In this document: positions 1 through 9,100 of the stretch, one piece after another | Position numbering within the stretch: position 1 is the first letter of the stretch | Layout: each line of letters starts with the position of its first letter | Assembly (NCBI GenBank): GCA_018895235.1 | Contig: JAHIOM010000014.1 | Coordinates: 5,203 to 69,202 of the forward strand | Direction: 5' to 3' | Source: Patescibacteria group bacterium | GTDB taxonomy: Bacteria > Patescibacteriota > Minisyncoccia > Minisyncoccales > Staskawiczbacteraceae | DNA length: 64,000 nt | Translations under genes and position numbers: made by a program | The notes under the pieces: model-generated | The model's database searches: none | Seen by the model: only the letters and a program-made list of their open reading frames with translations | What the model was told of the DNA's origin: nothing

Positions 1-459
1 AACTAATAAGTTATTTTCCTTATATATTGAAACTATTGTATTAACAAATATTGAAAAATCTTTATGTTTAGTTGTGTAAAAATGTTCATAGTCGCACGAA
101 ACATCAAGCGACTTTAATTCCCATAGAATCTCTTGGCTATAAAAATCTAAAATGTTTAAAGGGTGGATAAAAGTTTTCAATACGGATATTGGTGTATTAT
201 AAATATTTTTGTATAAATTAAATATTTTTTTTTCATCACTGCAAAATGCATTATCTTCTGAAAAAAATTCAGAAAATATTTTAGAAATATTCTGAGCAGA
301 ATTGCCGCTATAATGCATTGCAATAGGGAAAAATACATTTTCTCCTTTTTTTCGTGCATTCCTTGCAATAACATCTCCGACAACAAACATTTTCGCATGG
401 TTTATATTAAGCGGACAGAGAGGATAAACATATGCACAAGAAATAAAAAAATTTTTCAT
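1..459 (-). CDS. Class I aminoacyl-tRNA synthetase-like protein (LeuRS-like catalytic core), N-terminal part; gene runs off the left edge
   Basis: Absent from the ORF track because it is edge-truncated. Hand translation from the ATG at 459..457 stays open to base 1 (153 codons): MKNFFISCAYVYPLCPLNINHAKMFVVGDVIARNARKKGENVFFPIAMHYSGNSAQ... The GDVIAR-x5-G-x-NV-x-FP-x-A-x-H-x-G layout matches archaeal-type LeuRS, but the HIGH position reads NINH. Confidence 0.5.
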   Translation of the reverse strand, partial: MKNFFISCAYVYPLCPLNINHAKMFVVGDVIARNARKKGENVFFPIAMHYSGNSAQNISKIFSEFFSEDNAFCSDEKKIFNLYKNIYNTPISVLKTFIHPLNILDFYSQEILWELKSLDVSCDYEHFYTTKHKDFSIFVNTIVSIYKENNLLV

Positions 460-524
460 TGACTTAATTTATCAAATGAATATACACTTTTAACGTTATT
501 GACCCTCGGATTATATTTATATTG

Positions 525-596
525 AGATCCGGGTAGGATTTGAACCTACGATGAGAGCATGTATGGCTCTTGCCTTAACCACTTGGCGACCGGATC
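525..596 (-). tRNA. tRNA, anticodon UAC (Val) by position
   Basis: Reverse complement is GATCCGG TC GCC AAGTGGTTAA GGC A AGAGC CATACAT GCTCT CATC GTAGG TTCAAAT CCTAC CCGGATC. It has a 7-bp acceptor stem, a GG-containing D loop, a TTCAAAT T-loop and a 5-bp anticodon stem. No CCA is encoded. Loop position 33 is A rather than the usual U. Confidence 0.75.
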
Positions 597-684
597 AAAA
601 CTATGAAAAAATTTTTTATTTAATTGTGAATAGGCTTTAATTAACTTTTAAAAAAACTTCGCCATGTTAAGACGAAGTTCTATT

Positions 685-3330
685 TTATTCTTCAATTGAG
701 ACTTTAATTTTATCACTATCAGTTACAATAGTTTCCTTAGCCCTCATAGCATACGAGACATCTCTCAAAAAAGGTTTCAAGATATCTTGTTTGTTCTTGG
801 GGCATTTAATTTTTAACAGAGAAATACTTGCTCCAAACCTAATTTTTTTATTAGTCTTAACTTTCCTGACCTCAGAGACAAGAAGCAAAGCCAATTTAGC
901 ACCTTCTGTTAATTCACCTTCAAGGTGTTTGCTACCCACTGGCCACCTCGTATTGTGGATACTTTTGGTTTTTTCGTTCTTATAGAAATACCCCCTGTCG
1001 TTTTTCGATTCAATCGATTCGCGCACATTTTCCCCATCACCTTTCTTTACCACATCGGCGTGATACATTTCCTCTGTGATATGGGGAACAAAAGGTGACG
1101 TCATTTTAAGAATGTTCAAAAAACTTTGATAGGCAGCATGCTGAGCAGAAAGCTTCTCGGTCGCCCTTTCTTTGTCGTCCGAACCTATTGATAGCCTTCC
1201 CTTAGCAATTTCCAAATAATTGTCACAAAAATCTGACCAAAAGAACTCCTCGAATAGCTTTCTGGCTTGAGAAAACTCGTATTTTTCGAAAGCCTTTGAC
1301 ATTCCTTCAGCTGTTTCTAGAGATCTCTGCAGAATCCATTGGTCAAATGCTTCAAGGCTTGTTCTTTGTAACTCAACTTTTGGATCAAAACCCTGTAATT
1401 TGCTTAAAACAAGTTTACCTGCATTATAAATCTTCGTTATTAACTTTTTTCCCTTTTCAACTTCTTTATCTTCAAAGTATGCATCCCTTCCTAAGGTTGC
1501 GCCACACATAGCATAACGTACAGCATCTGAAGATTTTGTCGCAATTAATTCTTCTGGACCATGCTTTCCTCCTCCTGTTTTTTTACTTATCTTTTCTCCC
1601 TTTCTTAGCAAAATATGTCCAGATACCATCAAATCTTTCCATGGCACCTCGTTATGCCTGTACAAACCCATTAATATCGAATAAACAACCCATGTCCTTA
1701 TTATGTCATGCCCTATAGGACGCATAGACATAGGATATAACTTGTCCTTCAATGATCCGTTTAATTGATTACTACTATTAATATCTGGTGTTAATGAAGA
1801 AGTGAACCAAGTATCCAAAACACTTCTTTCAGCAACTAACTTACCTGTTTTACAACTAGAACAGCTGTTTTCAATCTTCTGCATCTTGGGATCCAATGGA
1901 AAACAATCTTCATCTGGAATTACAATATTTTCGCAATTATCGCAGTTAAAAACAGGAATCGGAATACCATAAAATCTCTCTCTGGAAATGCACCAATCCC
2001 ATTTTAAACCAGACACCCATTCTTCATACCTTTTTTTCATATAAGGGGGGTACCAGTTTATCCTATTTCCAGCCTCTAAAAGGTTTTCTTTCATATCAAG
2101 CATCTTCATAAACCACTGAGTTGTCGGCAAAAACTCAATCGGAGTACTGCATCTTTCGTGTACACCAATATTATGCTTGATTTTTTCTTCTTTTTTCACA
2201 AATCCACCTTCTTTCAGCTTTTCAATTATTATTTTTCTGGCAGCCTCTGCCGTTTTTCCATTGATTTCAGGAAGTTCGTCTACATTCTGTAATTTTCCAT
2301 CCTTATCTAAAATAATTCTTTCCTGCAATCTATATATTTTTGCCCAGTATATGTCTGTTTCGTCTCCATAAGTGCAGCACATAACCGCACCGCTACCTTT
2401 TTCTATGTCGACTTTATCGTCCGACATAATGGTTACTTCTTGTCCCAGGGGTGTTTTAATCTTTTTTCCTACAAAATGTGTGTACCTTTTGTCTTTTGGA
2501 TTTACAAATACTGCCGCGCAAGCAGGAAGTAATTCTGGTCGGGTCGTAGAAATAGTCAAATCTTCACCATTCTCTATCTTAAACAGCAAATCAAAGAAAG
2601 CAGCTTCTTTTTCTTTATCTTCTTTTTCGGCTTGCGCAAAAGACGTATGGCATTCGGTACAATATAAAGCAGGGGCGTTCTCTTTGTATATTAACCCTTT
2701 TTCATAAAGTTCCTTAAACACTGACTGCGATAACTTCTGCACTTCAGGAGAAATAGTAGAATATTCGAGCCTCCAATCCATACTGAAACCAGCTGATTTT
2801 AAAAGACTTTCGTAGAGTTTTTTATATTTCTCGGTAGCGCTCAAACACGACTTAACAAATTCCTCAAGTTTCACGTCTTGCCCCCTTATTCCTGTTTCCT
2901 TTTCAACTAATCTTTCAGTAGGCAAGCCGTTATTATCAAATCCCATGGGATATCTTATATTTGATCCCTCCATTCTTTTAAACCGAGCAATTACCTCTGC
3001 CTGGACATAAGAAAAAATATGTCCCAAATGTAGGGCTCCTGAAATAGTAGGGGGCGGAGCATCAACAGTAAAAAGAGGTCCTGATCGCTCGGGATCAAAC
3101 TCGTAAACTTTTTCTCTCTCCCAAAAATCTTGCCAATATTTTTCCTTCTCAAAAGGATTATATCTTTCTTTTTCTTCCATCTTCTTCTCCTTTGAAGCCT
3201 CTGTTTTATTTGTATTGGACATAATTTCTGGTGTTTCAGAAATGTCTTCTGGTGTATTGGGTGTGTATTCAAATTTTTCTGGTGCCATATTGTTTTTCTT
3301 TTTTCTCAATCTTAACCTTTCTTTATTCAT
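685..3330 (-). CDS. valS: Valyl-tRNA synthetase
   Basis: 881-aa ORF. PPPTISGALHLGH is the ValRS-type HIGH context and KISKKTG is KMSKS-like. Large class Ia architecture. The true start may be the internal MAPEK Met (about 3288). Confidence 0.9.
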   Translation of the reverse strand: MNKERLRLRKKKNNMAPEKFEYTPNTPEDISETPEIMSNTNKTEASKEKKMEEKERYNPFEKEKYWQDFWEREKVYEFDPERSGPLFTVDAPPPTISGALHLGHIFSYVQAEVIARFKRMEGSNIRYPMGFDNNGLPTERLVEKETGIRGQDVKLEEFVKSCLSATEKYKKLYESLLKSAGFSMDWRLEYSTISPEVQKLSQSVFKELYEKGLIYKENAPALYCTECHTSFAQAEKEDKEKEAAFFDLLFKIENGEDLTISTTRPELLPACAAVFVNPKDKRYTHFVGKKIKTPLGQEVTIMSDDKVDIEKGSGAVMCCTYGDETDIYWAKIYRLQERIILDKDGKLQNVDELPEINGKTAEAARKIIIEKLKEGGFVKKEEKIKHNIGVHERCSTPIEFLPTTQWFMKMLDMKENLLEAGNRINWYPPYMKKRYEEWVSGLKWDWCISRERFYGIPIPVFNCDNCENIVIPDEDCFPLDPKMQKIENSCSSCKTGKLVAERSVLDTWFTSSLTPDINSSNQLNGSLKDKLYPMSMRPIGHDIIRTWVVYSILMGLYRHNEVPWKDLMVSGHILLRKGEKISKKTGGGKHGPEELIATKSSDAVRYAMCGATLGRDAYFEDKEVEKGKKLITKIYNAGKLVLSKLQGFDPKVELQRTSLEAFDQWILQRSLETAEGMSKAFEKYEFSQARKLFEEFFWSDFCDNYLEIAKGRLSIGSDDKERATEKLSAQHAAYQSFLNILKMTSPFVPHITEEMYHADVVKKGDGENVRESIESKNDRGYFYKNEKTKSIHNTRWPVGSKHLEGELTEGAKLALLLVSEVRKVKTNKKIRFGASISLLKIKCPKNKQDILKPFLRDVSYAMRAKETIVTDSDKIKVSIEE

Positions 3331-3490
3331 TTGTCAAAAGCCGAGAACCCTCCAACAACATTAGGGTAAACTATCCCGGCGCACTGCTTTTATATTATCA
3401 CATAATACTTCTTTTTGTCAATTCCACAATTTTTTTTCTTCGCTAAAATTCGAGTATTGCATTGGATAATTTTAACACAATATTTCACTG

Positions 3491-3525
3491 AAAAAACAAA
3501 GCCCTTAGATTCCTCTAAGAGCTTT
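3491..3525 (-). terminator. Intrinsic terminator after the 90-aa ORF
   Basis: Minus strand reads AAAGCTCTTAGA GGAA TCTAAGGGCTTT followed by GTTTTTT. Confidence 0.6.
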
Positions 3526-3539
3526 GACGTCTTGAATAA

Positions 3540-3812
3540 TTACGACTCTTTTTTCACTCCAACTTCTTTTTCAAGTTGATCCAATTTGGCCAAAATCTCT
3601 TGCCAGAGTTCTTTCTTAAATCCTCTCCTTGGTTTTACATCAACGGTTCTGCCAATATCGTAAAGCATTTGTTCAACCTGGTTATGAATAATTTGTTGGT
3701 TTGTGTTAAACCCGCCCTTTTTACTGGCGGTCATCGCTGTCTGCTTTAATCTGTTCTGAAGCGATGCAACTGATTCTTCCTTTCTTCTTCTTGTCATTTT
3801 GTTTCTTTTCAT
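3540..3812 (-). CDS. Hypothetical basic protein (90 aa)
   Basis: ORF only. Lys/Arg-rich N-terminus. No family recognised. Divergent from dnaE. Confidence 0.5.
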   Translation of the reverse strand: MKRNKMTRRRKEESVASLQNRLKQTAMTASKKGGFNTNQQIIHNQVEQMLYDIGRTVDVKPRRGFKKELWQEILAKLDQLEKEVGVKKES

Positions 3813-3924
3813 AACAGCTCTCCTTATTATTAAAGAACAACTTTAATAATAAAATATAAGATAATCGTTAAATTTAGTCAAGAATAAAATTGACTTTGAA
3901 TCTTAAAAAAACTAAAATGTCATA

Positions 3925-5145
3925 ATGTCCAAATTTACTCACTTACATGTCCACAGTCACTACTCTTTGTTAGACGGCTTGCCGAAAATTGAGGAAATGG
4001 TAAATTATGCCAAAGAGTTAGGAATGGATTCACTTGCTTTAACCGACCATGGCGTCTTATACGGCGCTGTTGAATTTTTTAAGGCCTGTAAAGCAAAAGA
4101 TGTAAAGCCGATTATCGGCTGTGAAGTATATCAATCGCTGGAAGGAATGACCCAAAAACGAGTAGGCGTAGATGATAAAAGATATCATTTAGTTTTATTG
4201 GTTAAAAACGAGGAAGGTTATAAAAACTTAGTCAAACTTATTACAAAAGCCCACTTAGAGGGCTTTTATTATAAACCGCGGGTTGATGAAGCTCTGCTGG
4301 CGCAGCATTCAGAAGGTTTGATTGCTCTTTCTGCTTGTTTACAAGGAAAAATCCCTCGCCTGATTTTGGCAAATAGAATAGAGGATGCAAAAAAACAGGC
4401 ATTAAAGTATCAAGAAATTTTCGGCAAAGGAAATTTCTATTTGGAACTTCAACACCATCCTCATATTCCAGAGCAAGAAAAAATAAATAAAACCTTAATA
4501 GATTTTTCAAAAGAACTGAACATTCCTTTGGTAGCCACCAATGACAGCCACTACTTAAGGCCGGACGATGCCGAAGTTCAGGATATCTTAATGCTGATTA
4601 ACACGGGTGCTGACCCAAATGATCCGGAACGACTGACAATGAAAGGAGAAGATTTTTCTCTCAAAAAACCGGAAGAAATGATTGAAAGTTTCAAAAATGT
4701 TCCCGAAGCTATTGAAAACACTCAAAAGATTGCTGAGGCCTGCAATTTTCAATTTGAACTCGGCAAGACAAAACTTCCCCACTTCCAAGTTCCGGACAAT
4801 AAAACCGCGGAAGATTATTTAGAAGAATTATGTTATCGAGGGCTGGAAACACGTTTTGGAAAAAACCCTGATAATAAAATAATTGAAAGATTAAAACACG
4901 AACTCTCTGTTATTAAAGAGACCGGTTTTGCCGGATACTTTCTTATTGTCCAAGATTTTGTTAATTGGGCAAAGCAAAACCGCATTGTTGTCGGACCAGG
5001 AAGAGGAAGTGTCGGAGGATCTTTGGTTTCTTATTTGCTTAATATTACTAACGTCGACCCATTAAAGCACAATCTTTTGTTTGAAAGATTTTTAAGTATT
5101 TCTGAAAAATATTTTGTAACCAATGAAGATTTTGGGATTTTATGA
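3925..5145 (+). CDS. dnaE: DNA polymerase III alpha subunit, N-terminal fragment (PHP domain to the ERFL motif)
   Basis: PHP start MSKFTHLHVHSHYSLLDG, then GFAGYFLIVQDFV, GPGRGSVGGSLVSYLLNIT and LLFERFL, followed by 16 unrelated residues and TGA. It stops exactly where intact DnaE proteins continue with NPER..PDIDxDF. Confidence 0.9.
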   Translation: MSKFTHLHVHSHYSLLDGLPKIEEMVNYAKELGMDSLALTDHGVLYGAVEFFKACKAKDVKPIIGCEVYQSLEGMTQKRVGVDDKRYHLVLLVKNEEGYKNLVKLITKAHLEGFYYKPRVDEALLAQHSEGLIALSACLQGKIPRLILANRIEDAKKQALKYQEIFGKGNFYLELQHHPHIPEQEKINKTLIDFSKELNIPLVATNDSHYLRPDDAEVQDILMLINTGADPNDPERLTMKGEDFSLKKPEEMIESFKNVPEAIENTQKIAEACNFQFELGKTKLPHFQVPDNKTAEDYLEELCYRGLETRFGKNPDNKIIERLKHELSVIKETGFAGYFLIVQDFVNWAKQNRIVVGPGRGSVGGSLVSYLLNITNVDPLKHNLLFERFLSISEKYFVTNEDFGIL

Positions 5146-6155
5146 TTGAAAAAAACTGCGATTTTTGTAATAAAACATTTTTAGTCCATCCTTATCGAGG
5201 AAAAATTGCTCATTTTTGTAGTAAAACTTGTTATAATAACCAGCGAAAGAAATCTGCTTATGGGGTAAAAATTTGTCCATTTTGTAAGAAAGAATTTACT
5301 CCAAATCGCAATACTCGACAAAATAAGTATTGTAGTAAAGAGTGCAGTATTTTGGGTCGCAGAAAACATCTAATAGAAGGCGAACGGGTCAAATGGACGA
5401 ATGGGAAAAGAATGAAGGTATATAAATGGAGAGGAGAAAAAATATGCATTTATTGTGGAAAAAAATTTAAATATGCCTCTAAAAATATTCATCAGAAATA
5501 TTGCAGCGTTATTTGCCAAGTAAAAAATCGAGCTTATAGAATTAACGAAAATTTCTTTGAAAAAATTAATTCAGAAGGAAGGGCATATCTTTTGGGATTA
5601 ATTTTTTCAGATGGAAACATTTCAAGTAAGAAATATTATACAAATATTTCTTCAAAAGATCAGGAGTTAATTGAAATGTGTAAAAAACTATTAGACACAA
5701 ACAGACCAATTTATCACTACAAGAATTCTTTTTCTTTATTGTTCGGTAATCAAAAAATTCACGAATCATTAAAAAAACACGGGGTTTTAGAAAGAAAAAG
5801 CTGGAAAGATTATTCGCTACCGTCGATTCCTAAAAACCTGTGGTGGCACTTTATAAGAGGGTTTTTCGACGGTGATGGCAGTTTCTATATTGATGACCGT
5901 GACAAATATAAATATCTCTGCGCAAGTTTTTCTTGCGGTTCACAAAAGTTTTTAGGAGAAATTAAGAAATGCTTAGAAAAATATCATATTATACCGCATA
6001 AAATACGATTTGATAAAAAGCCAGATAATAAAGGCTGTTGGCAATTAAAAATTACAAGGAAGAAGGATATTAAAATGTTTATTGATTATTTATATAAAAA
6101 TAGTAATTATTTTCTAAATCGGAAGTATAAAATTGTGAAATCATTTCATGGATAA
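5142..6155 (+). CDS. Free-standing LAGLIDADG homing endonuclease with three N-terminal zinc-ribbon repeats
   Basis: Two LAGLIDADG motifs (YLLGLIFSDGNI and FIRGFFDGDGSF). Three repeats of CxxC..F..x10-12..(F/Y)CSxxC. ATGA overlap with the upstream dnaE fragment and an 8-nt overlap (ATGGATAA) with the downstream fragment. Confidence 0.85.
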   Translation: MIEKNCDFCNKTFLVHPYRGKIAHFCSKTCYNNQRKKSAYGVKICPFCKKEFTPNRNTRQNKYCSKECSILGRRKHLIEGERVKWTNGKRMKVYKWRGEKICIYCGKKFKYASKNIHQKYCSVICQVKNRAYRINENFFEKINSEGRAYLLGLIFSDGNISSKKYYTNISSKDQELIEMCKKLLDTNRPIYHYKNSFSLLFGNQKIHESLKKHGVLERKSWKDYSLPSIPKNLWWHFIRGFFDGDGSFYIDDRDKYKYLCASFSCGSQKFLGEIKKCLEKYHIIPHKIRFDKKPDNKGCWQLKITRKKDIKMFIDYLYKNSNYFLNRKYKIVKSFHG

Positions 6156-9100
6156 TCAATTTGAAGAAATGAAAAAGATTTGTCTGCAAAAAAAGGATCT
6201 TGATCAAAAAAGGTTAAACTTTGAATTAGAAAAAATAGAAAAATTTGGACTTGTTGAAAGTTTTTATAGATTTTGTATTGAAAAGAAACAGGGGGAGGAA
6301 AATAAAGTAAATAGTTTAGTAGCATACGCGTTAGGAATTACCTCGAAATATCCAGAAGGTGAATTTCAACCTCATAAAAAATTTGAAAGCGGTCGAGTAG
6401 GGCTGCCCGATATTGACCTTGATTTTACAGACCGCAGAAGAAACGAAGTTATAAACTACGTGGCTGAAAAATACGGTAAAGACCATGTTGCCCAGATTAT
6501 TACTTTCGGGACAATGGCAGCAAGGGCGGCTATTAGAGACGTCGGAAGAGCATTGATGATCCCGTATAGCTACTGCGACCGAGTAGCAAAAATGATTCCT
6601 TTCGGAATGTCTTTAGAAGAAACATTAAAAAAGGTTCACGAGTTTAAGGAACTTTATGAATCAGATTCCCAGGCAAAAAACCTGATTGATTTGGGAAAAA
6701 AACTCGAGGGAGTGGCCAGACACGCCTCAACTCATGCCTGTGGAATAGTTATCTCAGAAAAACCACTGACTGACTATGTCCCGCTCCAGCATCCAACACA
6801 AAATGATGATACAATCATCACCCAATATGAAATGCATGCTATTGAGGATTTGGGTCTTTTAAAAATGGACCTGCTGGGACTAAAAAACCTGACCATTATT
6901 GAGGATTGTCTTACCCGCATTTATAGTATTCACAATAAATCAATGTCAATTGACGATATTCCTTTAGATGACGACAAAGTCTATAAATTACTGCGGGATG
7001 CAAACAGTGTTGGCGTTTTTCAATTGGAATGTTTGTCTGGTGAAACAATAATTTCTAATACAACTATAAAAAAATTATTCAAAACAGATAACAAGAAAAC
7101 ACTAAGTTCGGTTTATTTAGACGAGGGCAAGGTACATAAAAATAAAATTATAGATATTCTCGAAGGCGGAGAAAAAAATCTTTACACCTTAATTGCAGAA
7201 AACAACTGGTATATTAAAGCGAGCGAAGACCATTATTTTTTAACAGAAAACGGATGGAAAAAATTGAGGAATATTAAGCCCGGCGAAGGGGTTTTAATGA
7301 AGAATAAAGCGAAACACTTGGTTTACAACACCTGCAGAACTTGCGGCAAGCAGATAGATGGACAAAAAGAAGGAAAAAGTCAATTTTGTTATAAATGTTC
7401 AGCCAGTTTTTATAAAAATCCTTCTAAAAAAGAATCTAAACGAAAAATAAGCGAATCTAGGATTAAATTTTACCGAGAAGGAGGCAAACCTTGGAATTAT
7501 GGGGCCACCGTAGAAAATAATAAAACATGGAAGGAAACTGCTGAAAAAATATCAAAAGCATTATTAGGCAGGCCCCTTGAGGAAAGATGGGGGGGAAAAA
7601 GAGCAAACGAATTTAAAAAATCCCAATCTAAACGAAGCAGAGGAAACAACAATCCAATGTTTGGCAAATCATGTCCGCACAGAAAAGGAGGATTTAGAGA
7701 GGATTTAGGGCACTACGTCCGGTCTGCTTGGGAAGCAGATTTTGCTAGAATTTTAAAACTTCATAATTTAAATTATGAATACGAACCCAAAACCTTTCAA
7801 TTAACGAAACCGAATGGCGAAATTATGCATTATACTCCTGATTTCTACGTTCCATCCCAAAACACTTTTTATGAGATCAAGGGTTGGTTTCATGATTTAG
7901 ACAAAGAAAAGGTGGAATTATTCCAAAAACAATATCTGGATTATAAATTTATTTTAATAAGCGCCACGAAATTTGCTGAATTTGCTTTAAAATATAAAAC
8001 TCTTATTAATTGGGAATGTCCGAAGATACCAACAAAACAAGGTTTTGGATTTATTAAAGTTAAAGAAATAAAATATAGCGGGCGAGAAAAAACTTACGAT
8101 GTTAAGATGCAATCTCCGGGGAATAATTTTGTTGCGAATGGTTTTGTCGTTCATAACAGCAGTGGTATGCAAGCGTATTTAAAACAATTAAAGCCCACCA
8201 GCTTTGAAGATATTGTTGCTATGGTTGCGCTCTACCGACCCGGCCCCATGCAATTTATTCCGGACTTCATTAAAGGAAAACATGGAAAGAAAAAAATAGA
8301 ATATTTGCATCCGAAACTTGAACCGATTTTAAAAAACACTTACGGAGTTTGCATATTTCAAGAACAGCTTATGCAAATTGCCCAACAATTAGCTGGCTTT
8401 TCTTTATCTGAAGCTGATGTATTAAGAAAAGCGATTGGAAAAAAAATAAAAGAGCTTTTGCATGCTCAGAAAGAAAAATTTATTTCCGGCTGTATTAAAA
8501 ACAACATTGACAAAAAAATCGGGCAAGAATTATGGCAGTGGATTTTACCTTTTGCCGAATACGGATTTAATCGCGCCCATGCTACTGCCTACGCTACTAT
8601 TGCCTGCCAAACTGCCTATCTGAAAACCCACTACCCGGTTGAGTTTATGGCAGCTCTCCTAACTTCGGAAAAAGCAGATATTGAAAGAATTGCTGTTTTG
8701 ATAAAAGAATGCAAAAAGATGGGTATTCACGTTCTCCCGCCCGATGTTAATGAAAGTTTCAGAAATTTTTCAGTAGTGCCAAACGAAAACAAAATTCGTT
8801 TCGGACTTTTAGCTATTAAAAATGTCGGTGAAAATATAGTTGAAGCGATTATTACCGAAAGAAAAAATGACGGTCCCTTTAAATCAATGCATGATTTTGT
8901 TTCCCGCATCCAATCCAAAACCCTAAATAAAAAGTCGCTGGAGAGTTTGATAAAATCTGGAGTTTTTGATAAATTAGAGGAAAGGAATACGCTTCTTCAC
9001 AACCTGGAAGATATCCTTGAAGCCAACCGGGAAATAAAGCAAAATCTGAACAATGGTCAGAAAAGTCTCTTTGAAAATTGTTCTTCTTTCAACCATTCTG

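Noticed and set aside
177-398. Track ORF of 73 aa on the minus strand
   Set aside because: Low-complexity product. A different minus-strand frame is open across the whole 1..459 interval and encodes recognisable aaRS core motifs, so this ORF is a frame shadow.
791-2707. Plus-strand ORFs inside valS (791..985, 1296..1511, 1536..1718, 2177..2371, 2372..2707) and similar antisense ORFs inside other long genes (for example 17233..17938, 20707..21129, 33696..34079, 35203..35742, 42482..42863, 15775..16203)
   Set aside because: They lie wholly antisense to, or out of frame within, genes with strong family motifs. Their products are Ser/Leu/Phe-rich and low in complexity, as expected for shadow ORFs in AT-rich DNA.
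3331-3490. T-box leaders upstream of valS, pheS and trpS
   Set aside because: The leaders are too short (65-150 nt). There is no AGAGA or distal-loop motif and no T-box sequence (AAnnnGGGTGGTACCGCG). trpS has no leader at all.
5090-6410. dnaE interruption as a group I intron or a classical intein
   Set aside because: Not an intein: the insert is in another frame and in-frame stops are present. No non-coding space is left for a group I core, because the three ORFs overlap one another, and the start of the C-fragment looks like decayed DnaE protein sequence rather than ribozyme. I cannot run an intron model, so this stays listed as the main alternative in the finding.
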